Below are positions 53,849-63,423 of a stretch of DNA of 64,000 nt, in pieces (position 1 is the first letter of the stretch; each line of letters begins with the position of its first letter). Made by a program: the position numbers and the translations under genes. The stretch comes from Candidatus Acidiferrales bacterium (GTDB lineage Bacteria > Acidobacteriota > Terriglobia > Acidiferrales > UBA7541). The stretch spans positions 13,279-77,278 of the forward strand of contig DATEFX010000048.1 in NCBI GenBank assembly GCA_035280405.1. The letters are read 5' to 3'. The notes under the pieces were generated by a model. It saw only the letters and a program-made list of their open reading frames with translations, was not told where the DNA came from and ran no database searches.

Positions 53849-54935
53849 CGCCGCCCAGCTCCTGCTTCAAACGCTCCGCCTCGAAATGCGTCACCAGCCC
53901 GTCGACCATCGGTCCCAGCTTCCCGTCCATCACCTCGGTCAGCTGATGAATCGTCAGCCCGATGCGGTGGTCGGTCACGCGGTTCTGCGGAAAATTGTAC
54001 GTGCGGATTTTCTCCGAACGGTCGCCCGTTTTGATCTGCCCGCGCCGCTCCGCCGCGATCTGCTGGTGCTGCTTCTCCTGCTCCATTTCGTAGAGCCGCG
54101 CCCGCAGCACGCGCATGGCCTTTGCGCGGTTCTTGATTTGCGACTTTTCGTCCTGCTGCGACACCACCAGCCCCGTCGGAATGTGCGTGATGCGCACCGC
54201 GGAGTACGTTGTGTTCACCGACTGCCCTCCGGGCCCCGAAGAGCAAAACGTATCAATCCGCAAATCCTTTGCCTCGATCTTGATGTCGATTTCGTCCGCT
54301 TCCGGCAGCACGGCCACCGTCGCTGCCGAAGTGTGAATCCGCCCCTGTTGCTCCGTCGCCGGCACGCGCTGCACCCGATGCACGCCGCTTTCGTACTTCA
54401 GCTTCGAATAGACTTTCTGCCCCTGAATCGCCGCCACGATTTCCTTCACGCCGCCGATCGACGACGCCGAACTTTCCAGCACCTCCACGCGCCAGCCCTG
54501 CGTCTCCGCGTACCTTGAATACATCCGGAAAAGCTCGCTCGCGAACAGGCTCGCCTCGTCTCCGCCCGTCCCCGCGCGAATCTCCACGATGACGTTCTTC
54601 TCGTCGTTCGGGTCCTTCGGCAGCAGGAGCACTTTCAGTTCGCGCTCCACGGTCTCGCGGCGCGCCTCGAGCGCGTGCTCTTCGTCGTGCGCCAGTTGCT
54701 TCATCTCCGCGTCTTCCGCCTCGGCGATCAACTGCTTCGCGCCCGCCAGGCCCTTCTCGATTTCCTTCCACTCGCGGTATTTCGTGACGATCGCAGAAAG
54801 TTCCGCGTGCATCTTCGCCGTTTTCTGATAGCGCCCCGAGTCCGCGTGCACCTCCGGCGCGGCGAGCTCCCGCGTCAGCTCGTCGTAACGCGCTTCAATC
54901 TGCTCCAGCTTCTGAAACATATTGTTGCTACTCAT
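53814..54935 (-). CDS. prfA: Peptide chain release factor 1
   Basis: PAT tripeptide (RVPATE), GGQ motif (SGPGGQSVN); start at [11 protein letters not shown]. Confidence 0.95.
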   Translation of the reverse strand: MSSNNMFQKLEQIEARYDELTRELAAPEVHADSGRYQKTAKMHAELSAIVTKYREWKEIEKGLAGAKQLIAEAEDAEMKQLAHDEEHALEARRETVERELKVLLLPKDPNDEKNVIVEIRAGTGGDEASLFASELFRMYSRYAETQGWRVEVLESSASSIGGVKEIVAAIQGQKVYSKLKYESGVHRVQRVPATEQQGRIHTSAATVAVLPEADEIDIKIEAKDLRIDTFCSSGPGGQSVNTTYSAVRITHIPTGLVVSQQDEKSQIKNRAKAMRVLRARLYEMEQEKQHQQIAAERRGQIKTGDRSEKIRTYNFPQNRVTDHRIGLTIHQLTEVMDGKLGPMVDGLVTHFEAERLKQELGGDGDASGKQRPN

Positions 54936-55002
54936 GCGACTGTCCTTTTCGCTGTCGTTCCGCTTGTCCCGAGCATTCCCGAGGGGAATCCCCATGTCGC
55001 AG

Positions 55003-55110
55003 CTTTTTTTACGTTGTCATTCCGAGGAGGGCCGAATCATTGGTCCGACGGGGAACCTGCTTTTGTCTTTTGTGGAGTGCGGCGGCACACCGCCGCTTTG
55101 CTTTCACTCC
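55003..55110 (+). repeat. REP-like short repeat (GTCATTCCGA...GGAACCTGCTTTTGTCTT), copy 1 of a tandem pair
   Basis: Second copy 55171..55260; third partial copy with GTCATTCCGA plus palindrome GCTAAAC-gtct-GTTTAGC at 32512..32550. Confidence 0.45.
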
Positions 55111-55170
55111 GCCCAACCACTATCGTCGATCTCGCTGATTCTCCTCCGCGTTGCGACCTGCCTCTCTTCA

Positions 55171-55260
55171 CGCTGTCATTCCGAATCGCCGGCCGCCGCG
55201 GCGACCGGGGTGAGGAATCTGCTTTTGCCTTCGAATATTGTAATTGCCTTACGAAAACCG
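55171..55260 (+). repeat. REP-like short repeat, copy 2 (GTCATTCCGA-[GC hairpin]-GGAATCTGCTTTTGCCTT)
   Basis: Seen directly. Confidence 0.45.
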
Positions 55261-55398
55261 AACAGACCAACATATTGACCCCGGACGGGGCCTCAGGCGA
55301 GTCTCGCTAATAGAACACAGCAGACATCACAATCCCATTGGATGCAGAATATCCGCCCCCGTCGCAGGTGTCAATTTAATGAAGCTCGAATTCCCGCG

Positions 55399-55791
55399 CT
55401 AGCAACCTGTCTCGCGCCGCGAGAGGAGGATTCTGCCGCAATCTTCCAACTGAATGCAGCGGCAGCGCATAGATTTCCTTAATAGTTTCTGCATGCTCCG
55501 CAATCGCGCAATCTGGAGGTCGATCTCGCGCTCCTTCTGCGCAGCCAGCCGCCGCCATCGCGCCGAAGCAGGCGTGCTCTTTTCGAAGCCATGGAATAGC
55601 GCCCGGATTTCCGCGATTGTGAAGCCCGCACTCCGGGCGATTTCAATTACAGTCAGGTGCAGATGCGCCTCATCCGTGAATCTTCTTTGGCCGCTCTGCC
55701 GAAGAGCCCGTGGAAGAATTCCCGCTTTTTCATAAAACCGGATCGCGGAGCTGCTCAGGCCCGCCTTGCGCGCCAGTTCGCCGATTTTCAT
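55399..55791 (-). CDS. MerR-family transcriptional regulator with C-terminal Cys cluster
   Basis: MKIGELARKAGLSSSAIRFYEKAGIL helix-turn-helix; C-terminal CRCIQLEDCGR. Confidence 0.8.
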   Translation of the reverse strand: MKIGELARKAGLSSSAIRFYEKAGILPRALRQSGQRRFTDEAHLHLTVIEIARSAGFTIAEIRALFHGFEKSTPASARWRRLAAQKEREIDLQIARLRSMQKLLRKSMRCRCIQLEDCGRILLSRRETGC

Positions 55792-55889
55792 GGTGGCCCC
55801 GCTTTTCTCTTGACTTAAAGTGCGCTTTAAGAATTAGCATTTTTCGCGGCAGCTCGCAAGTTCTCAGATTACGGACTGAAGGAGACAAC

Positions 55890-56123
55890 ATGCAAAGAAT
55901 CGCATTCTGGCAGCTTCCTCTGGGCGTGAAAATCGCGGTAGGAGTCGCGTTCGTCAGCTTATGGATGTGCATCGAGGGATTTATTGTCGAGCCCCTCCGA
56001 CTCTGGCGGTATATGCCGTTCTATAAGGTGGGCAACTTCTGCCTTTGGGACTTCGCAGTCGGCTTGACCATCGTTCTTGCGATTTGGCGCGCCTCCCGTG
56101 TGCCCGGAAATCAGGCCCCGTGA
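55890..56123 (+). CDS. Small membrane protein (77 aa), divergent from the MerR gene
   Basis: AAGGAG 6 nt before the ATG; two predicted transmembrane helices. Confidence 0.55.
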   Translation: MQRIAFWQLPLGVKIAVGVAFVSLWMCIEGFIVEPLRLWRYMPFYKVGNFCLWDFAVGLTIVLAIWRASRVPGNQAP

Positions 56124-56187
56124 TTATTGACATCTGTGCGGGTCGGGCTCTCGTTGCGTCCCAGGCCGCCAGCTTCTAGGCTGCGCC

Positions 56188-56217
56188 GGGTGCCCCTAAC
56201 CTGACGGCGGGGCACCC
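56188..56217. other. 9-bp stem hairpin GGGTGCCCC-N12-GGGGCACCC between convergent genes
   Basis: Seen directly; no T-tract on either strand. Confidence 0.3.
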
Positions 56218-56355
56218 TTAGCGCGAAACGGGGGAACCTGTGGTTGAAATAACTGTCCGCATTTTGCCCGCATCCCAAAATCCTGCAATCCAGTCCTCAC
56301 CGTATTTCCCCATCAGGAATTTGCTACGACCCAGACGCACCTTCGTGCCGGCCGC

Positions 56356-58389
56356 CTATTCCTTGCCACCCTTGGTCGTCGAAGCGACCGGCTTTGATTC
56401 CGCGGGCTTCCCCGCCGGCAGCGCACCTCCGCCATTTCCGCCGAGATACTTCATGGCCGTCGCGGCGAGGCCGTCAAGCGCCCCGCCGTTTGACCCGCTG
56501 GTGACGAGTATGTCCGGCACAAATTTTGATGAGCCCTCTGACAGCGACGTGATGACGTTCACCAGCGCGGTCGCATTCGAACCGAGCGCCCGCACTTGCG
56601 CTTCGTACCCGCGCGCCCGGGCCAGTCCGACTGCCTCCACCTCCGCGCCCTTCGCCGTTCCGGTCTGCCGGATATACTCCGCGTCGCCTCGCGCTTCCTC
56701 CACGCGCCCGTTTGCATTGTTGGTCTTGATGTCCACGCCCACTTTCGATTTCGCGAGATCAGCCTGCATTTCCGCCGTGCCTTTCGCGTTTTCCATCGCG
56801 ATGCGCTCTTCCTGCGCCGAACGCTGCTTCTTGTAGGTTTCAATCTCCTGATTCGCGATTTCGCGCTGCGTCAGCACTTTCACCAAATCCTCTGGCAGAA
56901 TCACGTCCTGAATGTAAACGCCTCGCGTCTCCACGCGGTACTGATCCAGTTGCTCCTTGATGTGCTGGTACGCTTCCTCCTGCACTTGCTGCCGAGTGTT
57001 GATGAACCGCACTGCGGGCATGCTCTGCAATTTGTCACGGAAATGATTCCCGACCGCCGCCTGCAGGACTTCATTCACCAAATTCATCATCGTCCCGACC
57101 ATCGAGATCACTCGCGGCGCGTTCGTATCGGGAACGTGAATCTGCACCTGCAAATCAATGTGGAATACGAATCCTTCATTGCTCTTCGCGACGATCTGCT
57201 CCAGTTGCGCGTCCAGGTTGTGCGCCTGCGACACCGCGTCGGCCCAGTTTAGCGTCAGGATCGACGTCGGCACGATTTCAGCCTGGTAACAGCGGGGATT
57301 CAGTGGATACTTTCCCGTCCGCAGCGCCTCCTGCCAGATGCCGCGATGTCCCGGGCGCACCAGCGAACCGAATTTGAAATCCGAGCCCGATGTGTCTTCG
57401 GTCGGCAGCCCGACATACGCCTTGATGACCGCCACTTGCCCTTGTTGCACCACGAGCATGTAAACCAGCTCCACACTCACCAGAAACGGATTCAGCACAT
57501 ATGCGCCGTAGAGCAGCGGATCATGTTGCAACCCGATTCGGCCGCCGTTGTCGAGGAACGCCTGAAAATCCTGATAGTTGTTGTGCAAATTGTTCTTGTT
57601 TCCGAGCAGCAGTTCGATGACTTCGCCATCCGTCGCGCTCGTCTTCTCCATCCTGGCGACGTCATCAAACGCGCCGAGGCGGCTGGCAATGTCTCCGGAC
57701 GGCAGCGGGTCGCCCTCGAACGTCGTTACGATTCCGACGAAATCCATCATGGCTCCGTCTTTGCCGCACGGCCGAGGCTCGATTCGCACGACTTCCAGCT
57801 GTTGCGGCTGCAAGCCGAAGGCCTGCGGTGTGAGCCTCCCCGTCCTGCTGCCCAGCGCGCGAAGCTCGGGCGAAATGGGCAAGCCATACGCCTGGCTCTT
57901 CGTTACGACGAGGAATCCCACCGGATGGATCGGCGCGAGAGTTCCCGGAGGAAACACGGGCCGCTGCACGCCCTTCTGCCCGCCCTGCTCGACGAATGAG
58001 TGCAAATTCGAAAAATTGCCGAATGATTTCTTATAGACCGCCGACTTCGCGCCGATGGGCAGCGCCGCGCCCACCTGCGAAATCACCACGCCGACTTCGC
58101 CCGCCTGCACCTGCACCCATGGAAATTTCTCCACCCCGTATATCAGCCACGCCTTCCAGCGCAGTCCGGGCATCAAGAGGTCCGCCTGATAGCCCGCCTC
58201 TCCGTGGAAGGCAATCGCGTTATCTTCCCTCAACTTCTTGAACGACACTCGCTTCAGGACCAGCCCGACTTCCGTCGGCCCCACGCGGCGAATCGACATC
58301 AAAATGTAAAACACTACGATGATGATTCCGGCGCCGACCCAGGTTGTTGTTGAAATTTGAATTGGCAAGGGAGTGCTCCTGCGGATCAT
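56356..58389 (-). CDS. Flotillin-like SPFH/band-7 protein (YqiK/FloT-like)
   Basis: N-terminal transmembrane helix, SPFH domain, long coiled-coil EA-rich region, Gly-rich C-terminus. Confidence 0.8.
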   Translation of the reverse strand: MIRRSTPLPIQISTTTWVGAGIIIVVFYILMSIRRVGPTEVGLVLKRVSFKKLREDNAIAFHGEAGYQADLLMPGLRWKAWLIYGVEKFPWVQVQAGEVGVVISQVGAALPIGAKSAVYKKSFGNFSNLHSFVEQGGQKGVQRPVFPPGTLAPIHPVGFLVVTKSQAYGLPISPELRALGSRTGRLTPQAFGLQPQQLEVVRIEPRPCGKDGAMMDFVGIVTTFEGDPLPSGDIASRLGAFDDVARMEKTSATDGEVIELLLGNKNNLHNNYQDFQAFLDNGGRIGLQHDPLLYGAYVLNPFLVSVELVYMLVVQQGQVAVIKAYVGLPTEDTSGSDFKFGSLVRPGHRGIWQEALRTGKYPLNPRCYQAEIVPTSILTLNWADAVSQAHNLDAQLEQIVAKSNEGFVFHIDLQVQIHVPDTNAPRVISMVGTMMNLVNEVLQAAVGNHFRDKLQSMPAVRFINTRQQVQEEAYQHIKEQLDQYRVETRGVYIQDVILPEDLVKVLTQREIANQEIETYKKQRSAQEERIAMENAKGTAEMQADLAKSKVGVDIKTNNANGRVEEARGDAEYIRQTGTAKGAEVEAVGLARARGYEAQVRALGSNATALVNVITSLSEGSSKFVPDILVTSGSNGGALDGLAATAMKYLGGNGGGALPAGKPAESKPVASTTKGGKE

Positions 58390-58636
58390 GCTGCGCCGCG
58401 AAGGTTGGGTTGTCAAGGCACGCCAGTTCAAGCCAGAAGGAACGGCTCCTAGCACAGCGGCGCCAGAGGCTTCCCTGATTTTCCTTGCATCTCCCCGCGT
58501 CTAGTGCTAACGTAGTGACTAGTCTAGGGCACCACAGGGGCCGCGTGACCAGGAATCACGCCATAGCAAGCCGCCTGCCCGCCGAACCTGCAAGGCGCGG
58601 CGCCGAGCGGAACGAAAATCCCGCCGGCATTTCACC

Positions 58637-58738
58637 GAAACTCAGCCCAATCTTGATCGCAAATGAAACGCACAGTCCCGAAGAGTCATCTTGTTGCAAA
58701 CAAAGCACTTATGAAATCCTGATCGCAAATGAATTTCA
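58637..58738 (-). repeat. MITE-like element, copy 2 (inverted relative to copy 1)
   Basis: GAAACTCAG...CCTGATCGCAAATGAAACGCACAGTC...CCTGATCGCAAATGAATTTCA aligns with the reverse complement of 5151..5261 at >85% identity. Confidence 0.7.
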
Positions 58739-58952
58739 TCATCGCGGTCACCCAATTTCTCGTCCGGAAGCGAGTCTCTCCAACGGGTCAATCTTAGACC
58801 GGATCGAAGCCGACCCCTTTGAATCGCTAGCATTCCCCGTCCGGTGCGCAGGAGAATTAACGTGTCACGGGCCACGGACCACGGGTCACGCGCCCTTGCT
58901 TCCAGATTCGTTGCCGCCGACCCTTGCCTGTACTACGATACGCCTCCAAACC

Positions 58953-60050
58953 ATGAGTGAATCCGCTCACACCGAAGCGAATCCTCCCGACCTCGGGATG
59001 CTCTGGGACTTCTGGTATCCCGCGCTGCGCTCCAGCCGGGTCCGCGGACGCGGCTTGCACAAGGCCATGCTCCTTGAAATCCCTCTCGCCATCGGACGCG
59101 ACGCGCACGGCCGCCCCTTCGCCCTCCGCGACGCCTGCCCGCATCGCGGCATGCCGCTTTCCTACGGCCATTTCGATGGCGAGGCCGTCGAGTGCGGCTA
59201 TCACGGCTGGAAATTCGACGGCCACACGGGCCAGTGCCGCGAAATCCCCTCGCTCACTGCGGATTCGAAACTTCGCGCCGACCGCATTTACGCCGGCGCG
59301 TTTCCCTGCGAGGAGCGCGACGGCTACATTTGGGTTTACATGCCCGCGCCTGATTCTCCGCGCCTCGTACGCGCGCCCGTCCCCGCGCCCGAGCTGCCGA
59401 AATTCAGCGAGCTCTATCGCATCGCGCATCTCTCCGCCGAAATGCCCGTTCACGTGGACCACGGCGTCATCGGCTTGATGGACCCGGCGCACGGCCCGTT
59501 TGTGCATCAATCCTGGTGGTGGCGGAGTCGCCGCAGCATCCACGAAAAACAGAAGCAGTTTGAGCCGATCCCGAGCGGCTTCCGCATGAGCCCGCATGCG
59601 CCTTCTTCGAACAGCCTCCCGTACAAAATCTTGAAACTATTCTCTGGCGCGCCCGTCACCACGACGATTGATTTCACGCTGCCCAGCTACCGCTTCGAGC
59701 AGGTGCGCTCGGGAAAGCTCTGGCTTTCAAGCCGCGCCGTCGTCACACCCATTCGCCGCGACCTCTGCCGCCTCGATTTCTGCGCCGCGTGGAACGTGCT
59801 TGGCTTCGTCCCCATCGTGGATTTGATCATTCGCGTCCTCGGCCCGCGATTCATTTCGCAGGATACGGACACGATGACGAAACAGGCCGAAGGCCTCAAG
59901 TATGATCCTCATCTCATGCTGATTGACGACGCCGACCGCCCCGCGAAGTGGTATTTCGCCCTCAAGGCCGCTCATCTCGAATCCAAGCGCACCGGCGCCG
60001 CCCTGCCGCATCCGCTCAGCGGCCCCGTCACTCTGCGCTGGAGATCTTGA
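58953..60050 (+). CDS. Rieske [2Fe-2S] non-haem iron oxygenase (PaO/Tic55-like)
   Basis: Rieske CPHRG...CGYHGW; mononuclear-iron region VHVDHGVIGLMDPAHGPFVHQ; the track ORF's upstream 156 codons are repeat read-through. Confidence 0.8.
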   Translation: MSESAHTEANPPDLGMLWDFWYPALRSSRVRGRGLHKAMLLEIPLAIGRDAHGRPFALRDACPHRGMPLSYGHFDGEAVECGYHGWKFDGHTGQCREIPSLTADSKLRADRIYAGAFPCEERDGYIWVYMPAPDSPRLVRAPVPAPELPKFSELYRIAHLSAEMPVHVDHGVIGLMDPAHGPFVHQSWWWRSRRSIHEKQKQFEPIPSGFRMSPHAPSSNSLPYKILKLFSGAPVTTTIDFTLPSYRFEQVRSGKLWLSSRAVVTPIRRDLCRLDFCAAWNVLGFVPIVDLIIRVLGPRFISQDTDTMTKQAEGLKYDPHLMLIDDADRPAKWYFALKAAHLESKRTGAALPHPLSGPVTLRWRS

Positions 60051-60074
60051 ATGTTCGCGCGGACGGCTAACGGG

Positions 60075-60689
60075 CTACTTCAATTTGGAGAGGTCGAATT
60101 CCGCGCTGAGACTCTTGCCGTCGGGCGTGCGCACGGTTATATGCAATGGCGCGGAAGTGATCTTCGTGGGATCAGCGTCGAGCGTCATAATTATGCCACC
60201 GGGGCCATGCTTCTCATAAATCGGCTCCACTTCAGTTCGCACAGGCTCGATCTTGTGCGCCTGGGCGAGCTCTGCGGAAAAGGTTCTGCCTCCATCTGGC
60301 GCCCCATTCTCCTCTGTCGCGTCATAAACAATCGCCGCATTGAAAGTAATACTCACCTTCACAAGGAAACGGAGGGGATGCGCGCGCAGATCGGTTTCCG
60401 TCTGCACTTCCGAATCGTTCGGGATATTGTCTTCGCCGCGCTGAACGACCTGCGCGTAAGGGGTCAGAACCTCAACCTCCGTGATGAGGTACCTGTAAGT
60501 CTGCGGCGGGGTGAACCAGTGCTTGTATGTCGCGAGGAATTCCGCAGCGCGGCTATCGGTACCTCTGCCGAGGAAGTAGGCATTGCGGATTTCGGGCGAC
60601 GGCAAAGGATACTCATACCCCGCGAACGCGGGCGCGGCAAAGAGGCAAGACGCCAAAATCGTCAGACTCACGTTGGATTTGAGTGGCAT
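60075..60689 (-). CDS. Hypothetical secreted protein
   Basis: Signal peptide MPLKSNVSLTILASCLFAAPAFAG. Confidence 0.55.
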   Translation of the reverse strand: MPLKSNVSLTILASCLFAAPAFAGYEYPLPSPEIRNAYFLGRGTDSRAAEFLATYKHWFTPPQTYRYLITEVEVLTPYAQVVQRGEDNIPNDSEVQTETDLRAHPLRFLVKVSITFNAAIVYDATEENGAPDGGRTFSAELAQAHKIEPVRTEVEPIYEKHGPGGIIMTLDADPTKITSAPLHITVRTPDGKSLSAEFDLSKLK

Positions 60690-60762
60690 GGGCGCCTCCG
60701 GAATCTCTCACCATTGGATGCTGTGAGTATCCAAAAAGGAATCCGCGAAAGCTTGCAATTGG

Positions 60763-61245
60763 CTACCCAACTGTTCCATCCGCTGCCTTCCCAAACGCGT
60801 GGTGAATCCGGAACAGCACCCACGCCGTCGCCGCGCCCGCCGGAATCACGCGCCAGAGCGTGTGCGCCCCGCCGCTCAGAATCAATTGCGGCGCATAAAG
60901 AAAATAAAGCTGGACGGGGAGCAGGAATTCCGTCGCGCGCCCGTGAATCAGCATGATCGAGCCGAGCGTGCCTATCAGAACCGGCGCAAGGATCGCGCCG
61001 GCCACGATCCATTGCCAGGCGCGCGCGAACTCCATTCCACCCGCGATTTTTCGCAGCAGGAATCCGAAGAGCAGTGAGGTGAACGCGCCGAAGAACAGCG
61101 CCAGAAAATACAGATAAATCAATCCGAGGATCATGTCCTGCGGAAAATCCGACGGCTTCGGCAAGCCAACGAAGCAAACCGTCATGAAGAAGCAGCCGCA
61201 GGCCCATGCGGCCAGATAATAGGCCAGGCTTCCGCGCCGCGTCAT
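60763..61245 (-). CDS. Hypothetical membrane protein translationally coupled to the tandem ThyX-like gene
   Basis: ATG overlaps the upstream stop as ATGA; four hydrophobic helices. Confidence 0.6.
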   Translation of the reverse strand: MTRRGSLAYYLAAWACGCFFMTVCFVGLPKPSDFPQDMILGLIYLYFLALFFGAFTSLLFGFLLRKIAGGMEFARAWQWIVAGAILAPVLIGTLGSIMLIHGRATEFLLPVQLYFLYAPQLILSGGAHTLWRVIPAGAATAWVLFRIHHAFGKAADGTVG

Positions 61246-62816
61246 ATCCGGCGCGTGATGTTCGGGAAATCCTGCCAGACCTTCACGCCGCAGAAATGCG
61301 AGCCTTCCGTGCAAATCGGCGTCGTGATTCCGGCGCGCAGCGAGCACGGCGGGCCCAGGTAGCGGCCAATTTCCGGGATGATCGTGCGCACCTGCTCGAC
61401 TTCGTCGAGCGACGCCTGATAAATCTCCTCCTGCGCGTTGAAGCACGTCCTCATCGTCCACTTGTGCAGCAGGTGGAGCAGCGAGCCCGTCTCGACCAGC
61501 CGTATCGCTTTCGCGTTCGGCAACAGATAAAGAGCGAACTCCATCGGCACGCCGCCGTCGAGCAGTTCGTTTTTTGCCGTCCATGCTTCCGTCATCGCCT
61601 GCTCGTAGATTTCCCGGGCGCGCGCGTTCGAGCGGATCAGCATCGGTGCGATGAAGTCCGGCTTGCGCGTATCGGCGAGCGTAAGTAGCGGCCGCGATCC
61701 CGGAACCATCCTGTGGCGCTGGTCCTGGCTATCCGCCGTGTGGCTGATTTTCTTCCCGAACGTGAAATTGGCATGCTGCAGCGCGCGCATCATCGGCGCG
61801 TGCACGCCGATATTCAGAGTCTCCAAACGATATGGATTCCGCGCAGGACTTAGCAGCCGCTCAATGGCCTCTGAATCCGAGCATTCTCTCTCCGTGAGAC
61901 CGAGGACAGCTCGATACGCCTTCGCTGCGACCTTCACGGTATCGCGCGAATAGTCGAGGAGCTTCGAGGTCTTCCCTTCGAGCGCGGCGTCAAACTCTGC
62001 CGCGAATGCTTCTCCATCTTCGCGCGGCTTCGCAATTCGCCACTCAGGAAGCTCGTCCATTGGCTCTGTCGGGAACCGATCGAAGAATTGCGGATCCTTT
62101 TGCCGCACGCATTCGACCATCGCTGTAACGACGGCCTTCGCCTCGGCCGGGGTATCCGAAGCCGCCTGCATCTTCCACAGGCGGTGCAGCACGATGCCCG
62201 ACAGGGTGTGCACCATCGTGGTGAATGCGGCGACGGGCAAGACGTACCGCGCGATCTCGATGGCGCGCTTTTCCGCGGCGCGTTTGATTTTTTCGATTCT
62301 ACGCGGATGCGACATCGTGCCAATGTGCCAGATATCGCCGAGGATCTCCCGCGCCTGCGGCTCAAGAACGCGAGACAGTTCCCTGTAGTGTTCCCAGGCG
62401 CGCGCAACGGCACGCTCGTAAATCGCCCGCTCCGTCGGTCCAAATTGCGCGCTCTCCTGCGGGAGGTATGCCTGCGCCCGGTCCAGTCGCACGTAACGCT
62501 GGCTTTGCTGCTCGGAATTGTAAAAAGGATGCGCGTGCAAAAACGACCAGACAAACTGGCGGCTGATGTTCTCGAGGCCGAACTCGAAATGCGCGTGCTG
62601 ATAAACCGTATGGTGACCGCTATAAAACGTCGCTGCGCCAATGTTGATCCGTTGCTTCTCCGTGATCTCCTCGGGGACGATCAGGCGCGGCGCGTAACAA
62701 GTCCGCGCCGCTGCGATGGCTGAATCGTACGGATGGAAAAAAGAATTCCGCAACGTGACGCGAGGAGCCGCCGTTTCAACCGGGTCTGCGGGAAGCGATG
62801 GCATGGGAATCGCCAT
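61242..62816 (-). CDS. Tandem-duplicated ThyX (flavin-dependent thymidylate synthase, Thy1) domain protein
   Basis: Both halves carry ThyX-like helices (ARYVLPVAAFTTMVHTLSGIVLHRLWKM; EFALYLLPNAKAIRLVETGSLLHLLHKWTMRTCFNAQEEI). The N-half has ...SRQFVWSFLHAHPFYNSEQQSQRYV (RHR replaced by HAH, SQRY retained); the C-half has SHTADSQDQRHRMVPGS (RHR-x4-S retained). Confidence 0.7.
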   Translation of the reverse strand: MAIPMPSLPADPVETAAPRVTLRNSFFHPYDSAIAAARTCYAPRLIVPEEITEKQRINIGAATFYSGHHTVYQHAHFEFGLENISRQFVWSFLHAHPFYNSEQQSQRYVRLDRAQAYLPQESAQFGPTERAIYERAVARAWEHYRELSRVLEPQAREILGDIWHIGTMSHPRRIEKIKRAAEKRAIEIARYVLPVAAFTTMVHTLSGIVLHRLWKMQAASDTPAEAKAVVTAMVECVRQKDPQFFDRFPTEPMDELPEWRIAKPREDGEAFAAEFDAALEGKTSKLLDYSRDTVKVAAKAYRAVLGLTERECSDSEAIERLLSPARNPYRLETLNIGVHAPMMRALQHANFTFGKKISHTADSQDQRHRMVPGSRPLLTLADTRKPDFIAPMLIRSNARAREIYEQAMTEAWTAKNELLDGGVPMEFALYLLPNAKAIRLVETGSLLHLLHKWTMRTCFNAQEEIYQASLDEVEQVRTIIPEIGRYLGPPCSLRAGITTPICTEGSHFCGVKVWQDFPNITRRI

Positions 62817-63087
62817 GGGCGCACGTCATTCTACACCGAGAGGGAGCAAAGAGTTCGAGGCCAATTCCATCTCGAAGGCGAGAGGGCCCGTCCCCTGGAC
62901 AACTGGGCATGTGTCTCGCGTTGACCAAGGTCCAAGACTGACTAATCTTGTGCTTTCGGGCCGCAATACAGCTAGAAACGAACGTCCTGGCCACTAGTAC
63001 GACCGTACCGTTGACCGAGGCGTTCGAATTTTTTATTGTGCCGCTCGACAACTGAATCGAGGTTCTGGCCAAAGCCAGGACGGGGAC

Positions 63088-63175
63088 TGTGTACCTTTTA
63101 GACACATGGTACACAAATTTTCCCCTTGACGGCACCGAAGCGCATAGAGTCACCCGTGTAGGTACATCACACGGG
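63088..63175 (+). promoter_or_regulatory. Regulatory region: inverted repeat TGTGTACC-N11-GGTACACA, TTGACG -35-like box, and hairpin CCCGTGT-N9-ACACGGG overlapping the Shine-Dalgarno GGGGAG
   Basis: Seen directly, immediately upstream of the small repeat-peptide ORF. Confidence 0.45.
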
Positions 63176-63184
63176 GAGATCCTA

Positions 63185-63352
63185 ATGCGCAAATGGTTGA
63201 TAGTGTGTGTTTTGGTGCTGTTGGTCCTGGTAAGTGCGGTTGGCATCAGCAATTTGACTGCCTCTGCCAGCACCGGACTACCGATGCCGCCAACGCCGTA
63301 TGTGGCGCACAGCACTGGTTTGCCGATGCCGCCAACGCCATACAATCGCTAA
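63185..63352 (+). CDS. Small secreted peptide with tandem proline-rich decapeptide (STGLPMPPTPY x2)
   Basis: MRKWLIVCVLVLLVLVSAVGISNLTASA signal peptide, then STGLPMPPTPYVAH-STGLPMPPTPYNR; GGGGAG ribosome-binding site. Confidence 0.55.
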   Translation: MRKWLIVCVLVLLVLVSAVGISNLTASASTGLPMPPTPYVAHSTGLPMPPTPYNR

Positions 63353-63423
63353 AGGTTCACCACTAGAAGTGGGAATCTGATAGCATTGGGGGCCAGGCCT
63401 TAGGAGCTAAAAGGATTGCTTGG

